From Bacillota bacterium (GTDB taxonomy: Bacteria; Vulcanimicrobiota; JAJTBE01), in the NCBI GenBank assembly GCA_021287065.1, contig JAJTBE010000082.1, positions 781 through 64,780 on the forward strand: a stretch of DNA of 64,000 nt, read 5' to 3'. The position numbers were made by a program, and so were the translations under genes. Every line of letters starts with the position of its first letter. Position 1 is the stretch's first letter. Below, one piece after another: positions 47,597-58,639 of the stretch. The notes beneath the pieces are model-generated. The model was not told where the DNA came from, did not search any database, and was given only the letters and a program-made list of their open reading frames with translations.

Positions 47597-49861
47597 ATGC
47601 TTTTTAATAAAGCGGAATCATACCCGAACAGAATTGCACAGAATAACAACAGGATAAACAACACCTCTATGAGTAAAGACAACAAGGGCAGCATAAGAAT
47701 AATCCTTATAATAGCAGCTATTCTGCTCTTCGGAGCATCGGTATATTTCAGACAGAAAACAGCTCAGCTTTTTATTACGCCGTATACAGGACCTGCGTCC
47801 GGCCATATTCTGTTTTTTGATTATCCACCGACTGCGGAATGGGCAATTCTCAAAGATGTACAGTCTATTCTCATAAAGGAATTTTCGTCGGAATACATCC
47901 TGAGTATGGTTCTCCTGCTGGGCTCCATATTTCTTGGAGCCGCAGGGTTAGCTGGATTCAGCAGGGACGGGCTGAAAGGGATTATCGGCAAAATATGCTC
48001 TATGGCAAAGGAAAAACCGGTCAGAGCGGCAGCTATAATCTTTATAATCGCCCTTGCATTACTAATCCCCCTGCAGAGGCTCACCATAGGCGACAGATTC
48101 GGTGCTATTGACGAATTTGCCTATTATTTTCAGACCAACCTGCTGATGTCGGGCAAACTTTATGCCGATTCGCCCCAACCTATGGATGCATTCCATACCA
48201 TGTGTATCATCAACAACGGGAAATGGTTTGCTAAATATACCATCGGATGGCCCCTGCTTATGGTCCCCGGAATGCTGTTTCATATTCCATGGCTCATAAA
48301 CCCTATTCTGGGCGCTCTCGCCATTGCAGCGGCATTTCTTGCAGGCAGGGAAATCTATGACGAAGGCACAGGCATTCTCGCTGCTCTGATTCTCCTGTTC
48401 ACCCCAATGTTTGTTCTTAACTCACTATCACTTTTTCCACATACATCACACATTCTTTTCCTGATGATTTTTACAGCTCTGTTTTTCAGAACAATCAAAA
48501 AATCAGGAACAAGCATACACGCTTTTTTTGCAGGAACAGCCCTCGGAATGATGCTTCTGATAAGACCTGCGGAATCGGTCTTTGTGGCATTCTCATTCTT
48601 CATCTACGGTTTGCTTCAGTTTTTTGATAAAAATCAGGATAAAAAGCAGCTTTTTTCCAAATATCTGGTTATGATTTGCGGATTTGCCATTCCCGCAGGC
48701 TTTCTGCTTTACGCCAATAAAGCCCAGACTGGTTCACCCACCACCCTTGCGTTCAGCATGTATGATACTGAGGAAAAATGGGGATTTGGCAATTATGGCC
48801 ACAATTCCGGCAGAGGCTTCTGGAATTTCCTCACAAACTCCACCAGACTATTCATCTGGCTCGTGGTTTTCACCATCGAACTTGCCATCATCTCTCTCTT
48901 TGAAAAAAGAAAGGAAAACTTCTTTCTGTTTTCAATAATCATTCTTGTAACCGGTTTTTACTACTTCTATTACTCCCTCGGCAATGTTGAATACGGTCCC
49001 CGTTATTTCTTCATCTTCATGGGGCTTCTCATATTTATGGCCGTCAGAGGTCTCTTTCTTGCCGACAACTGGTTTAAAAACAGGTTTAAAGCATTACAGA
49101 ATGCTCCCCTCATAGAAACAGGAATACTTCTCACAATCATCTTTATGGTTGTATCAGTATTTCCGCCTGTATTCAGGGAAGCAATATCATACACCCACTC
49201 AAACGCTCTCAATGCTTTAAGGCAGATTATCAACAGAGATACTTCACCGGATAAAAAACTGCTGGTATTCCTCCGGTCAGACCCGGACCGCTCAGCTTTC
49301 GAATTTACCCACAATCTCCCCGGCTTCAGAGACAGAATAGTCTATGCAATATTCCTTGATCCCGAAACAAACGAAAAAGTGCGCGCAAAATTCAGCGACA
49401 GAGAATGCTATATAATGGACTTTGATTTCACAAATTCGAAATTCTTCGTAAGGCCTTATTATGATAAGCCTTTTGAACAGAGGGAGAAACAGGTTCAGAT
49501 AGACGACCTGCTCTGCGCTGCTTTCAACTACGCCCAGTCAGTGAAAAATATGGATAAAACCATCGAACTGCTTGATAAAGCTCTGGCTCTTTCTCCGGGA
49601 AACCCTGAGCTGGCACTGAGAAAAGCAGCTATTCTGATGGATCACAAAAGATTTAAGGATGCAATCCCAATACTGGAAGAAGCTGCAAGACAACCCGGCG
49701 TGGACACTCCCATATACGCCCTTGCCCTCAGCTACGCCAGATCAGGCGAAAAGGAAAAAGGAATCGAAACATTCCGCAAATTCCTGACAGTTGCGGATCC
49801 GAATTCCCAATTTGCCAGAAGAGCAAAATTCTGGATCGAATACCTTCAGACACAGAATTAG
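47597..49861 (+). CDS. polytopic membrane protein (ArnT/PMT-like GT-C glycosyltransferase fold) with C-terminal TPR domain
   Basis: About 13 TM helices in the N-terminal 500 aa. The C-terminal ~120 aa has TPR-like helices (LDKALALSPGNPELALRKAAILMDHKRFKDAIPILEEAA). Start may instead be the Met at 47669. Confidence 0.55.
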   Translation: MLFNKAESYPNRIAQNNNRINNTSMSKDNKGSIRIILIIAAILLFGASVYFRQKTAQLFITPYTGPASGHILFFDYPPTAEWAILKDVQSILIKEFSSEYILSMVLLLGSIFLGAAGLAGFSRDGLKGIIGKICSMAKEKPVRAAAIIFIIALALLIPLQRLTIGDRFGAIDEFAYYFQTNLLMSGKLYADSPQPMDAFHTMCIINNGKWFAKYTIGWPLLMVPGMLFHIPWLINPILGALAIAAAFLAGREIYDEGTGILAALILLFTPMFVLNSLSLFPHTSHILFLMIFTALFFRTIKKSGTSIHAFFAGTALGMMLLIRPAESVFVAFSFFIYGLLQFFDKNQDKKQLFSKYLVMICGFAIPAGFLLYANKAQTGSPTTLAFSMYDTEEKWGFGNYGHNSGRGFWNFLTNSTRLFIWLVVFTIELAIISLFEKRKENFFLFSIIILVTGFYYFYYSLGNVEYGPRYFFIFMGLLIFMAVRGLFLADNWFKNRFKALQNAPLIETGILLTIIFMVVSVFPPVFREAISYTHSNALNALRQIINRDTSPDKKLLVFLRSDPDRSAFEFTHNLPGFRDRIVYAIFLDPETNEKVRAKFSDRECYIMDFDFTNSKFFVRPYYDKPFEQREKQVQIDDLLCAAFNYAQSVKNMDKTIELLDKALALSPGNPELALRKAAILMDHKRFKDAIPILEEAARQPGVDTPIYALALSYARSGEKEKGIETFRKFLTVADPNSQFARRAKFWIEYLQTQN

Positions 49862-49863
49862 TC

Positions 49864-50916
49864 TTATTTTTTCTCCAGATAATGGAAGAGGAAAAGAGCG
49901 GCCATACCCGATGTAATATCATTCCTGTCTTCATCAGGGTTCAGGTTGATTATGTCCAGATATGCCCCCATCCTGTATTTTGAAAGGGATTTTGCAATTT
50001 CGATGATTTCATCGGAATTGAATCCACCGGGCATAGGGAATGAAGTGCCGGGGAACATACCCGCATCACAGCAGTCCATATCAAAAGACATTATTATGCC
50101 GTCACATTCGTAATTGGCAAGATTAAGCCCCTGCAGCAGATCCCTCTGAAGGTTGCTTATTTTGTCTTTGTAGAATATATGCATCTGATTTTCCAGCACA
50201 AACCGGGCATAGTGAGGAGAAATGGTCTCTTTTCTCGAACCGAAGTAAACGACATTGTTCGATTTTATCATTTCCGGAAATTCACTCATAATCCGCTGCA
50301 TTGATGACGCACTGATGAACTTCTCCGGCACTTCGTGAAGATTGAGATGAGCATCAAAGCTCACCATTCCGAGACGGTTAAACTCACCTGATGCTTTCAG
50401 CCCTTTTACCCCTGCGTAGGTTACATCATTGCCGCCGCCGATGATTATAGGGAAGATATCATATTTAATCAGTATCGGTATAATTTCAATAAGTCTTTTA
50501 TGGATAGACGGCAAATCCGAGTCGAGATCGATCTTGATGTTGCCGATGTCAAGAAGCAGACCTTCCTGCTTTTCGAAATAATTGGGCAGTTTGTAAAAAG
50601 CTTTGCGGAACGCAGCGGGACCATCTCTGGCGCCTTCTTTGCCACCCATATTTCTTGTTCCTATTCCCTGAGGAAATCCGAGAATAACAAAATTAAACTT
50701 ATCAATATCATCTGTTTTACCATCCCAGAAGCGGGTAATATTGCCCATACATTCATCAAGTACATCAAACCTTGAGAACACTTCGTCAGGAATGGTCAAA
50801 TCAACATTCTGAAGTATCAGTTCTTTATCTTCTTGTGTTATCATAATAAAATCCCTCGCTGGATAATTAAACCTGAAAAGGGAAAACCCCTCTTTACAGG
50901 GAGTTTTCCCTTTCAA
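49864..50916 (-). CDS. arginase-family ureohydrolase (formiminoglutamase/agmatinase-like)
   Basis: Family motifs IIGGGNDVT (GGDHS-like), SFDAHLN (DAHxD) and SFDMDCCDAGMFPG (SxDxDxxDP). Confidence 0.6.
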   Translation of the reverse strand: MKGKTPCKEGFSLFRFNYPARDFIMITQEDKELILQNVDLTIPDEVFSRFDVLDECMGNITRFWDGKTDDIDKFNFVILGFPQGIGTRNMGGKEGARDGPAAFRKAFYKLPNYFEKQEGLLLDIGNIKIDLDSDLPSIHKRLIEIIPILIKYDIFPIIIGGGNDVTYAGVKGLKASGEFNRLGMVSFDAHLNLHEVPEKFISASSMQRIMSEFPEMIKSNNVVYFGSRKETISPHYARFVLENQMHIFYKDKISNLQRDLLQGLNLANYECDGIIMSFDMDCCDAGMFPGTSFPMPGGFNSDEIIEIAKSLSKYRMGAYLDIINLNPDEDRNDITSGMAALFLFHYLEKK

Positions 50917-50935
50917 AAAATACCTGACTGAGAAA

Positions 50936-52555
50936 TCATTTAGGAGTGAATTTTACAAGACTGTTGCTTCCGGTATCTGAGACATAAACATTACCGGAGG
51001 AATCAGCCATAATACCGAATGGGTTTTTGAGCTGGTTGTCGCTTGAGCCGTATTCACAAAGGTGAAAACCTGTAAGCGAATTGTTCAGATCATAAACGGC
51101 AAAAGCTCTCTGTTTAGTGGTTTCATTAAAGGTATAGTTTACATAAAGCTGGCTGAGTGAATCCACATAAACGCCATAGGGTAGTTTAGCAGTGATTTCA
51201 CCAAGTTTCAGCCCGTCCTGGTCAAAATATGCTACCTTTCCGCTGTCGAGGAATGAGATATAGACTCTGCCCATCGGACTGATTGCAATTGACTGGGGAT
51301 TTTTGTAATCGGTTTTGATAGTCCAGGCTTTTATCAGAGTACCAGAATTATCAAATATTTCAACACCGTATTTTGTTGTGTTGCCAACAAGAACAAATAC
51401 TTTATTGCTCTGATATTCCGCGGCTATATCTTTAGGAGCATTGGTTGTTGTATAAGTTGTAACCGTTGACCAGTCGGAACCGGTAAGCTTATAGAAATGA
51501 TAACTCTGGTTTGAACTGGCAAACATATATCCATTGGTGTCTATTGTAACGCCGTTACAGATATCAGGTACCGTAACTTTTCCTACATAAGTGCCGTCAT
51601 CCTGATAGTGGAAAATCGTCGCTTCAGCAAAATTTGTGCCATAAATGCTTCCGGTGCCGAGATTTCCCGGTGAAAGCATTCCTGAAGTCCATCTGCTGTC
51701 GTAGGAATATGTATCACTTGGTGTTGGTGACACTGTTACCGTAGGCGTGGGGCTTGCCGTAGCCGTGGATGTGGGAGTGGGTGTCGGCGTTGTCGTTTTT
51801 GTAGCTGTAGGCGACGGGGTGGGTGTTGTTGTTTTTGTCGCTGTAGGCGTGGGGGTAGCTGTTGAACTGCCTGAAAGGGTAATATCCTTATATGTAATAT
51901 CCCCATCAAGCACAACTATAGTATCTGTATAAATAGGATATCCTGGCTTTGACGCTCTTATGGATGTAATACCCAACGGCACATTGCCGAGAGAATACCT
52001 TCCGTCGGTGCCGGAAACAACACTTTCAGTACCTATCGAAACAGTTACACCTGAAAGAGGCTGCATATTGGAAGATGCCACAAGGCCCAATACCAATCCG
52101 GATTTTCTTACATCACCGTCAGTGTTTTCCTGAACAGTAACATTCTGGGCGCCAATCAGATAACCGTCTTTTTCAGCAACAACAATACCTTCTCTGCCAA
52201 GCTGCAAGCCTGTAAATGCATAATCACCTGATGAATCAGTGGTGGTTGTGGCATCGGCTCTGTCAGGGTCAACCAGTCTGGCAGGAGCTTTTGTTGATGT
52301 GGAAGTGGGGCTTGAAGTCGCCGTTGCAGTTGGACTCGGAGCATCACTTGTATATTCAAATGTTACTATGGCTCCATCAACAGGATCATTGTTGGCATCG
52401 TAAACTGTACCTGTAATATTTCCTGTTGTTGTTCCTCCATTGTCCTTTTTATCTCCTCCGCTTGAACATCCTGGAATCACTGAAAGGATTATAAACAGGA
52501 CAGAGAAGAAAACCATACCCAAAACTGCTAATCTCAGCATTCTGCGTGCCTGCAC
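50936..52555 (-). CDS. secreted protein with carboxypeptidase-regulatory-like domains, Pro/Thr linker and NHL/beta-propeller repeats
   Basis: Signal peptide. GTVYDANNDPVDGAIVTF. (TPTPTATKTT)n linker. NHL-like NPFGIMADSSGNVYVSDTGSNSLVKF. Confidence 0.6.
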   Translation of the reverse strand: MQARRMLRLAVLGMVFFSVLFIILSVIPGCSSGGDKKDNGGTTTGNITGTVYDANNDPVDGAIVTFEYTSDAPSPTATATSSPTSTSTKAPARLVDPDRADATTTTDSSGDYAFTGLQLGREGIVVAEKDGYLIGAQNVTVQENTDGDVRKSGLVLGLVASSNMQPLSGVTVSIGTESVVSGTDGRYSLGNVPLGITSIRASKPGYPIYTDTIVVLDGDITYKDITLSGSSTATPTPTATKTTTPTPSPTATKTTTPTPTPTSTATASPTPTVTVSPTPSDTYSYDSRWTSGMLSPGNLGTGSIYGTNFAEATIFHYQDDGTYVGKVTVPDICNGVTIDTNGYMFASSNQSYHFYKLTGSDWSTVTTYTTTNAPKDIAAEYQSNKVFVLVGNTTKYGVEIFDNSGTLIKAWTIKTDYKNPQSIAISPMGRVYISFLDSGKVAYFDQDGLKLGEITAKLPYGVYVDSLSQLYVNYTFNETTKQRAFAVYDLNNSLTGFHLCEYGSSDNQLKNPFGIMADSSGNVYVSDTGSNSLVKFTPK

Positions 52556-52737
52556 TTTTACTCCTCCTTCTTTACCGGCGATCTTTTTTTACCCGGTAAA
52601 TCCAAAATTTACAATTTATTAAGAATAACCTTGAAAATCGCATGGAATTTTTTACACAACAACTCTATATTATTAACGGCATAAAAAGACGGGGTTTTAA
52701 GGCCCCGTCGTAAAAAATCGATATTGATTTTAAGAGA

Positions 52738-55700
52738 TTATCTTCTCTTCTTCCGTTTTTTCCGTTTGCGCTTGGCAGAACCTTTATCGTCATCATCGGA
52801 TTCGCCTTCGGCATCTTCAGCATCACCTTCTGCAGCAACAGCCGGAGCCGGTTCCGCAGGTGCAGGAGCTGCTTCTTCAACCACAGGTGCAGCCGGTGCA
52901 GGTTCTTCCACCACTACCGGTTCAGGCTCAGGGGCAGGAGCGGGAGCGGGAGCTTCCGCCACAGGCTCTTCCACCGGTTCTGGAGCCGACTCGGCAACAG
53001 GTTCTTCCACTGTTTCAACAACAGCCTCTGCCACAGCAGGAGCTTCCTCAACAGTTTCAGCAACCGCAGCCGGTGCTTCCACTACCGGTTCCGGTTCTGC
53101 AGCAACTTCCTCAGCGGCTTGTACCGGTTCTTCTTCCGGTTCTTCCGCTACCGGTGCAGGAGCAGGTTTCTGGACTGGTTTCTGCTTTTTAAGCTGCTCC
53201 AGCTTCTTGCTCAGAACCTTTACCCTGTCGCTGCTGATGTTCTTAATGGACAGCGTTTTATTGATTGCATCAATGGCATTTTCAAATTCCCCGGCTTTTT
53301 CGAAAAGAAGGATCAGGGAAAGATTTGCCGTGATATTGTCGGGATCTATATCCAGAGTTTTCTGGTATGTTTTGATAGCTGAATCGGTTTTACCGATCTT
53401 TTCGTAAGTATAACCCAGTTCGTTGTAGATCTCAGGAGCTTCTGTAATACGAAGAACCTTCTGATACTGAACCGTTGAAAGGGAATACTTGCCGATATTC
53501 CGGTAAGCTCTTGCCAGATTGAACAGATATCTCGGATCATCCGGTTTCTTCTTGCTCAGCTTCTGGAGGTAAGGTATGGCGTCATTGTAGTTTTCAGCGC
53601 CGAGATACAGTGCCACCAGTTTTTCAAGCAGTCTGAAATCCTCAGGATCCTGTTCGTTAAGCTCGAGGCAGATTTCGAGAACCTTCTGCTGATTTCCGGT
53701 TTTTTCGAAACCTTCCATCAGGAGAATGAGATTATCTCTGTTTCTCTCATCTTTAAGACCGATATATTTTTCCCAGCTTGCAACAAAACCGTTCCAGTCT
53801 TTTTCAAGCTTGGCAATCCTTGACAGATGTGCATAAGCTTCAGGTATATCTTCTTTAAGGGCAACCAGTTTCTCAAGGTGTGATTTAGCTTTATCGAATT
53901 TCTTCAAGTCGATGAAATCCCTGATGAGATCCATTCTTTCCTGAATCTGATCTTCGCTCATCATAGCCGCAACAGCAGCTGCCGCAGCAGCGGAAACCGC
54001 CACTGTGCCTTCGCCTCCCGCTGATTCCAGTTCGGTTTCAGGAGCAGGTGATTCGAGAGCGCCGATATCGATAAAGGATTCGGGTTCAGCTTTATACATT
54101 GTTGTAGGCTGAGCTGCAGGAACTTCTTCCTTCACAGCCGGCACAATTTCCTCAGCTTCTTCCCTCTTTGCCTTTGAGAAGACAGGTTTTTCCTTTATTA
54201 CATCTTTAGGAGTACCCTTCATCTTTTTGGCTTTACCATGATGCTCACCTTCGGCAGCAGGAGTTGCAACAGATTCCGCAGCAACCATTTCAGGTTTGAC
54301 AGCTTCTGTTTCAGATTCCTGTTCCAGTGTCTGCAGGTCTTTGCCGAACAGTGATATATACTCGCCATCGTTGAACTGTCTTGCATATTCAAGACCTTTT
54401 TCAAGCAGACCTTTGGTTCTCTGGGTGTATCCCAGCTTCCGGGTAAGGTTGGCAAGATACTGGTAAGCCTGATAATATTCAGGAGCTTCGTTGACGACTT
54501 CCTGAAGCAGTGTTATTGCTGAAGTATCATCGCCTGAAGCCTGTGCTGTAACAGCTTTGGTAAATTTGGTAAGAGTCCTCGGCTCGATAACTGGAGCTGA
54601 AACAGAAACTGCTTCCTCTTCGTCCTGAGCTTTCTTCTGAGGTCCTTTACCAAGTGATTTCTTCTTGATTCTGGATTTTGCCTGTTTGTCTTTGGAAGTG
54701 ATAATTCCCATATCCTGTTTGGCAGCACCGGGTTTCTTAGCTTCCGGAATTTCAGCCATAACAGGCGCAACAATTTCAGGAGCAACCACAGCATCTTCTT
54801 CCTTAACCAGTTCCCTGATGGTGAGGCCCGTGATTTCCTTGCCGCTCATATCAAACAGAGCATCAAGGGCAATCTGTGCCTTTTCATTTTCGGGATCATA
54901 TTCGAGAAGGCGTGAAAGTGATGTTTTTGCACCATTTTCATTGCCCAGTCTCAGGAACAGATCGGTAAGGGCAAAGTAATGCTGAATGTTTTCAGGATCA
55001 AGATTGAGGGTTTTTTCATATTGTTCAATAGCCTGATTGACTCTGTCGCCTTTTGCAAGGGACTCGGCAAATTTGGCTCTTGCTCTTGCGTTTTCGGGAT
55101 CAATAGTGATAACTTTCTGGAATTCCCGTTCTGCTTCGTCAAACTCACCCATAGCAGTAAATACTTCAGCAAGACCAACCAGCAGATCCACATCGTCGGG
55201 ATTGATTTTGGAGGCTCTTTCGAACTCTTTCATCGCCTCTTCAAATCTTCCCATCTTCATGAAACTGTAGCCTTTTTCAACCATTGCAGGAACGAATGAG
55301 GGGTTAGCGTCTATAGCCTGGTTGAAGAATTCCACTGCAATTTCGGGTTTGCTGCGATGGTATGCATATACCATGCCGATGCTGTGGAGGGCTTTGGTAT
55401 GCTTGTCGTCGAGTTTGACAGCTTTCTGGAACTCTTCGAATGCATAGTCAATTTCATCCATACGATAGAATGCGAGACCCATTTCATAGTGGGCTTCCGC
55501 ATTTTCGGGTTCCAGTTCGGTGACTCTTTTAAGCTCAGCCACTGCGATATCATATTTCTCATCGCCTATAAATGCTCTTGCAAGGGCATAGTGGGCGCCT
55601 ACATCCGTAGGTTTGAGATCAATGGTCTTCTGGAACATATCGATTGCTTCGTTGTAATTGCCGTTTTCGTGGAAAGCCTTGCCAAGCTGGAAGTAGAACG

Positions 55701-56892
55701 AAGAATCGTTGGGATTGATTTCAATAGCCTTTTTAAACTCCTTGATAGCCTCATCAAAACGGGATGTTTTGAAATAGACCATTCCAAGGTTATATCTTGC
55801 AAATGAATCATTGGGATTGAGCTGAACCGCATTAAAGAAATGATTGATAGCCTTTTCATAATCGCCTGTTTTGTCATAGGCGCTGCCCAGGTTGTAATGG
55901 GCATAGGCATCAGCCGGATTCAGTTTAAGGGAATTTTCAAGATATCTTATGGCCTGCGGCTGGTCACCCATCTGGAGATAAATAACACCGAGATTATAAT
56001 GGGCTTCTGCATAGCGCGGTTCAATTTCGATAGCTTTTTTAAACTCCGCAATAGCAAAATCGGGTCTGAATATTGCCTCGCAGGCTTTAGCGAGAAGGAA
56101 ATGGGTCTGGGGATTCTTAGCGTCTGCATCAATGGATTTCTGAAGCTGGGCGATTGCCTGCTTGTTCTTTCCCTGTTTAAGATATGCTCTGCCGAGGGCG
56201 AAACGAAGTTTTGAGTTGGAAGGATCAGTTTCAAGCGCTCTTTCATACTTCTGAATGGCAATACCGACCATTCCCTCTTCCTCAAAAATGGCGCCAAGAT
56301 TATAAAATGTTTCTGAATATTTGGGGTTTACATCGATCGCTTTCTGGAACTGAACTTTGGCGAACTGCGGTTGTCCTATTTCCGCATAAATCTCGCCGGA
56401 AGCGTTGTAAGCTTCCCAGAGGTTGGCGTTAAGTTCCGTTGCCTTTTTCAGGTGAGAGAGAGCCATCTCTTTCTTGTTGAAGTACCTGTATGCCATAGCA
56501 AGCTGATAATGCGCCCACGAATCATCCGGACGGATCAGAATGGGACGTTCAAAGGTACTAATGGCTTCTTCCCGTTTTTTGGCATAATAAGCTTTGTTTG
56601 TGGGATCGTCAAAAACCTTATGAATAGTGGGATCCAATTCATAAGCTCTCTGCCATGCTTTGATGGCTGGAGCTATTTCATTACCTCTGCAATATGCAAA
56701 TCCCATATGCAGAAAAGCTCTGGCGTGGCGGGGATTCAACTTGGCGACAAGTTCGTATTCTTTAAACGCATCACCAAACTGATTATTCTCTTCGAACGCC
56801 ATTGCTAACCCAAAGTGAGCTTCAGGGTCCGATGGATTCAAACGTACCAGGGTCGTATATTTCTGCAAGGAATAGCTGGTAAGTTCAGGCAT
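52738..56892 (-). CDS. giant tetratricopeptide-repeat protein (1384 aa) with PEPA-rich and poly-basic C-terminal tail
   Basis: More than 25 TPR units (…AHYNLG.AY...G.Y..AI..F..A..L.P…). C-terminus EEPVAEAPAPAPAPEPEP... ending KGSAKRKRKKRKKRR. Confidence 0.8.
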   Translation of the reverse strand: MPELTSYSLQKYTTLVRLNPSDPEAHFGLAMAFEENNQFGDAFKEYELVAKLNPRHARAFLHMGFAYCRGNEIAPAIKAWQRAYELDPTIHKVFDDPTNKAYYAKKREEAISTFERPILIRPDDSWAHYQLAMAYRYFNKKEMALSHLKKATELNANLWEAYNASGEIYAEIGQPQFAKVQFQKAIDVNPKYSETFYNLGAIFEEEGMVGIAIQKYERALETDPSNSKLRFALGRAYLKQGKNKQAIAQLQKSIDADAKNPQTHFLLAKACEAIFRPDFAIAEFKKAIEIEPRYAEAHYNLGVIYLQMGDQPQAIRYLENSLKLNPADAYAHYNLGSAYDKTGDYEKAINHFFNAVQLNPNDSFARYNLGMVYFKTSRFDEAIKEFKKAIEINPNDSSFYFQLGKAFHENGNYNEAIDMFQKTIDLKPTDVGAHYALARAFIGDEKYDIAVAELKRVTELEPENAEAHYEMGLAFYRMDEIDYAFEEFQKAVKLDDKHTKALHSIGMVYAYHRSKPEIAVEFFNQAIDANPSFVPAMVEKGYSFMKMGRFEEAMKEFERASKINPDDVDLLVGLAEVFTAMGEFDEAEREFQKVITIDPENARARAKFAESLAKGDRVNQAIEQYEKTLNLDPENIQHYFALTDLFLRLGNENGAKTSLSRLLEYDPENEKAQIALDALFDMSGKEITGLTIRELVKEEDAVVAPEIVAPVMAEIPEAKKPGAAKQDMGIITSKDKQAKSRIKKKSLGKGPQKKAQDEEEAVSVSAPVIEPRTLTKFTKAVTAQASGDDTSAITLLQEVVNEAPEYYQAYQYLANLTRKLGYTQRTKGLLEKGLEYARQFNDGEYISLFGKDLQTLEQESETEAVKPEMVAAESVATPAAEGEHHGKAKKMKGTPKDVIKEKPVFSKAKREEAEEIVPAVKEEVPAAQPTTMYKAEPESFIDIGALESPAPETELESAGGEGTVAVSAAAAAAVAAMMSEDQIQERMDLIRDFIDLKKFDKAKSHLEKLVALKEDIPEAYAHLSRIAKLEKDWNGFVASWEKYIGLKDERNRDNLILLMEGFEKTGNQQKVLEICLELNEQDPEDFRLLEKLVALYLGAENYNDAIPYLQKLSKKKPDDPRYLFNLARAYRNIGKYSLSTVQYQKVLRITEAPEIYNELGYTYEKIGKTDSAIKTYQKTLDIDPDNITANLSLILLFEKAGEFENAIDAINKTLSIKNISSDRVKVLSKKLEQLKKQKPVQKPAPAPVAEEPEEEPVQAAEEVAAEPEPVVEAPAAVAETVEEAPAVAEAVVETVEEPVAESAPEPVEEPVAEAPAPAPAPEPEPVVVEEPAPAAPVVEEAAPAPAEPAPAVAAEGDAEDAEGESDDDDKGSAKRKRKKRKKRR

Positions 56893-57027
56893 CTTATCAA
56901 CTCCTTTTCATGGACAAACATGAGTTTCGCTATCGGCGTAACTATTCCTCTATATTGCCTTATTAAATGTTACAAGGATTTTTATTTATTCCCCTGAATA
57001 TCTGCCTGAAGATTTTTTACAGGACCG

Positions 57028-57591
57028 GTGAATAAAATGATCAGCGGAAAAAATGTTAATCTGTGGGCGCTCGAGCGCAGTGATCTGGTTCAGAACTATT
57101 CATGGGGAAATGACCCCGAAGTAGTAAAACTTACAGGAATGAAACCATTCCCAAGATCAGTATGGGAACTGGAAAAATGGTACGAATCCGTACAAATGAA
57201 CCCAAATGTACAGACTTATTCAGTCAAACTCAACGACGGCACTTATGTAGGTAATATAGAACTATCCAATATAGACTGGCGCTCAGGAAAAGCAGAACTG
57301 GGAGTAATGATCGGCAGCCCTTCCAACAGAAGCAAAGGATGGGGTTCGGAAGCCATCATGCTTCTGTGTCGTTTTGCCTTTGAAGAAATGAATCTTCACA
57401 GAATATATGTAAGAGTTTTATCATTCAACTACCGGGCTGTCAAAACATTCGAAAAGTGCGGCTTCATCCGTGAAGGCATCGAAAGAGAAGCTTTTTACAC
57501 CGACTGCAAACATGTCGATGTTTTCCAATACGGCATTCTCAAGAACGAATTTATTGAAAAATTTGGGAAATCAGAGGAAAGAAATATATGA
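57028..57591 (+). CDS. GNAT family N-acetyltransferase (RimJ/RimL-like)
   Basis: RSKGWGSEAIMLLCRFAFEEMNLHRIYVRVLSFNYRAVKTFEKCGF. Confidence 0.7.
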   Translation: MNKMISGKNVNLWALERSDLVQNYSWGNDPEVVKLTGMKPFPRSVWELEKWYESVQMNPNVQTYSVKLNDGTYVGNIELSNIDWRSGKAELGVMIGSPSNRSKGWGSEAIMLLCRFAFEEMNLHRIYVRVLSFNYRAVKTFEKCGFIREGIEREAFYTDCKHVDVFQYGILKNEFIEKFGKSEERNI

Positions 57592-58631
57592 AATGCATCT
57601 ACTGGAAGAAAGACCACATTGAGCTTATCGATCAGACAAAACTTCCTGCTGTAACCCAATGGATAAAATGCGAAGATGTGCCAACCCTTGGCGAGGCAAT
57701 AAAAAAGCTCTCCATCAGAGGAGCGCCGGCTCTCGGAATAGCTGCAGCCATGGGTATGGCTCTGGCAGCGGCAAAATCACAAACCACCGACCTGAAACAG
57801 CTAAAGGCGGAATTAAAAGAGACCGGAAAATACATAGCCTCCACCAGACCCACAGCAGTCAATCTTTTCTGGGCTTTGGAACGAATAATGAAAATCGTTG
57901 ACAGTTTCGAAGGTTCAGTTGATGATCTTAAAGCAGCTATAGAAAAAGAAACCATCATAATTACCGTAGAAGACGAAAAAATGTGCAAAGCTATCGGTGA
58001 TCATGGCGCTACCGTTGTAAAAGAAGGCTGGAGCATTCTCACCCACTGCAACGCCGGTTTTCTTGCCACAGGAGATTACGGAACAGCTCTCGGAGTAATT
58101 CGTTCCGCCCATTATCAGGGAAAAAAGATCCATGTCTATTCCGACGAAACCAGACCCCTCCTTCAGGGAGCAAGACTCACCGCGTGGGAGCTTGGTCAGG
58201 ATGGAATCCCTTACACGCTTATAGCCGACAACATGGCAGGCTATCTGATGAAACAGGGTAAAATCAACATGGTCGTTACCGGAGCAGACAGAATAGCTGC
58301 AAACGGAGATACTGCAAACAAAATAGGAACATACTCAGTTGCAGTTCTTGCCAAACATCACGGAATACCATTTTATATAGCTGCCCCCTACTCCACCATC
58401 GATTTGAAAATCAAATCAGGTGAGGAAATTGTTATTGAAGAACGGAAACCCGAAGAAGTAAGATTCTTCCAGGGCGTCCAGTCAGCACCTGCAGATGCAA
58501 ATGTGTATAACCCCGCTTTCGATGTAACCCCCCACGAACTTATTACCGGAATAATCACCGAAAGAGGAATCATGTACCCGCCATATACGGACTCCCTTGC
58601 AGGAATGCACCTGACATCTGTGAATCAGTAA
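57588..58631 (+). CDS. mtnA: S-methyl-5-thioribose-1-phosphate isomerase
   Basis: eIF-2B-like fold. VVTGADRIAANGDTANKIGTY...GIPFYIAAP. Confidence 0.8.
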   Translation: MKCIYWKKDHIELIDQTKLPAVTQWIKCEDVPTLGEAIKKLSIRGAPALGIAAAMGMALAAAKSQTTDLKQLKAELKETGKYIASTRPTAVNLFWALERIMKIVDSFEGSVDDLKAAIEKETIIITVEDEKMCKAIGDHGATVVKEGWSILTHCNAGFLATGDYGTALGVIRSAHYQGKKIHVYSDETRPLLQGARLTAWELGQDGIPYTLIADNMAGYLMKQGKINMVVTGADRIAANGDTANKIGTYSVAVLAKHHGIPFYIAAPYSTIDLKIKSGEEIVIEERKPEEVRFFQGVQSAPADANVYNPAFDVTPHELITGIITERGIMYPPYTDSLAGMHLTSVNQ

Positions 58632-58639
58632 AAATAAAT

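Noticed and set aside
52724-53407. 227-aa and 110-aa plus-strand ORFs rich in S/A/G/T or Q/P/L
   Set aside because: They are antisense to the PEPA-rich low-complexity tail of the giant TPR gene. Compositional artefact.
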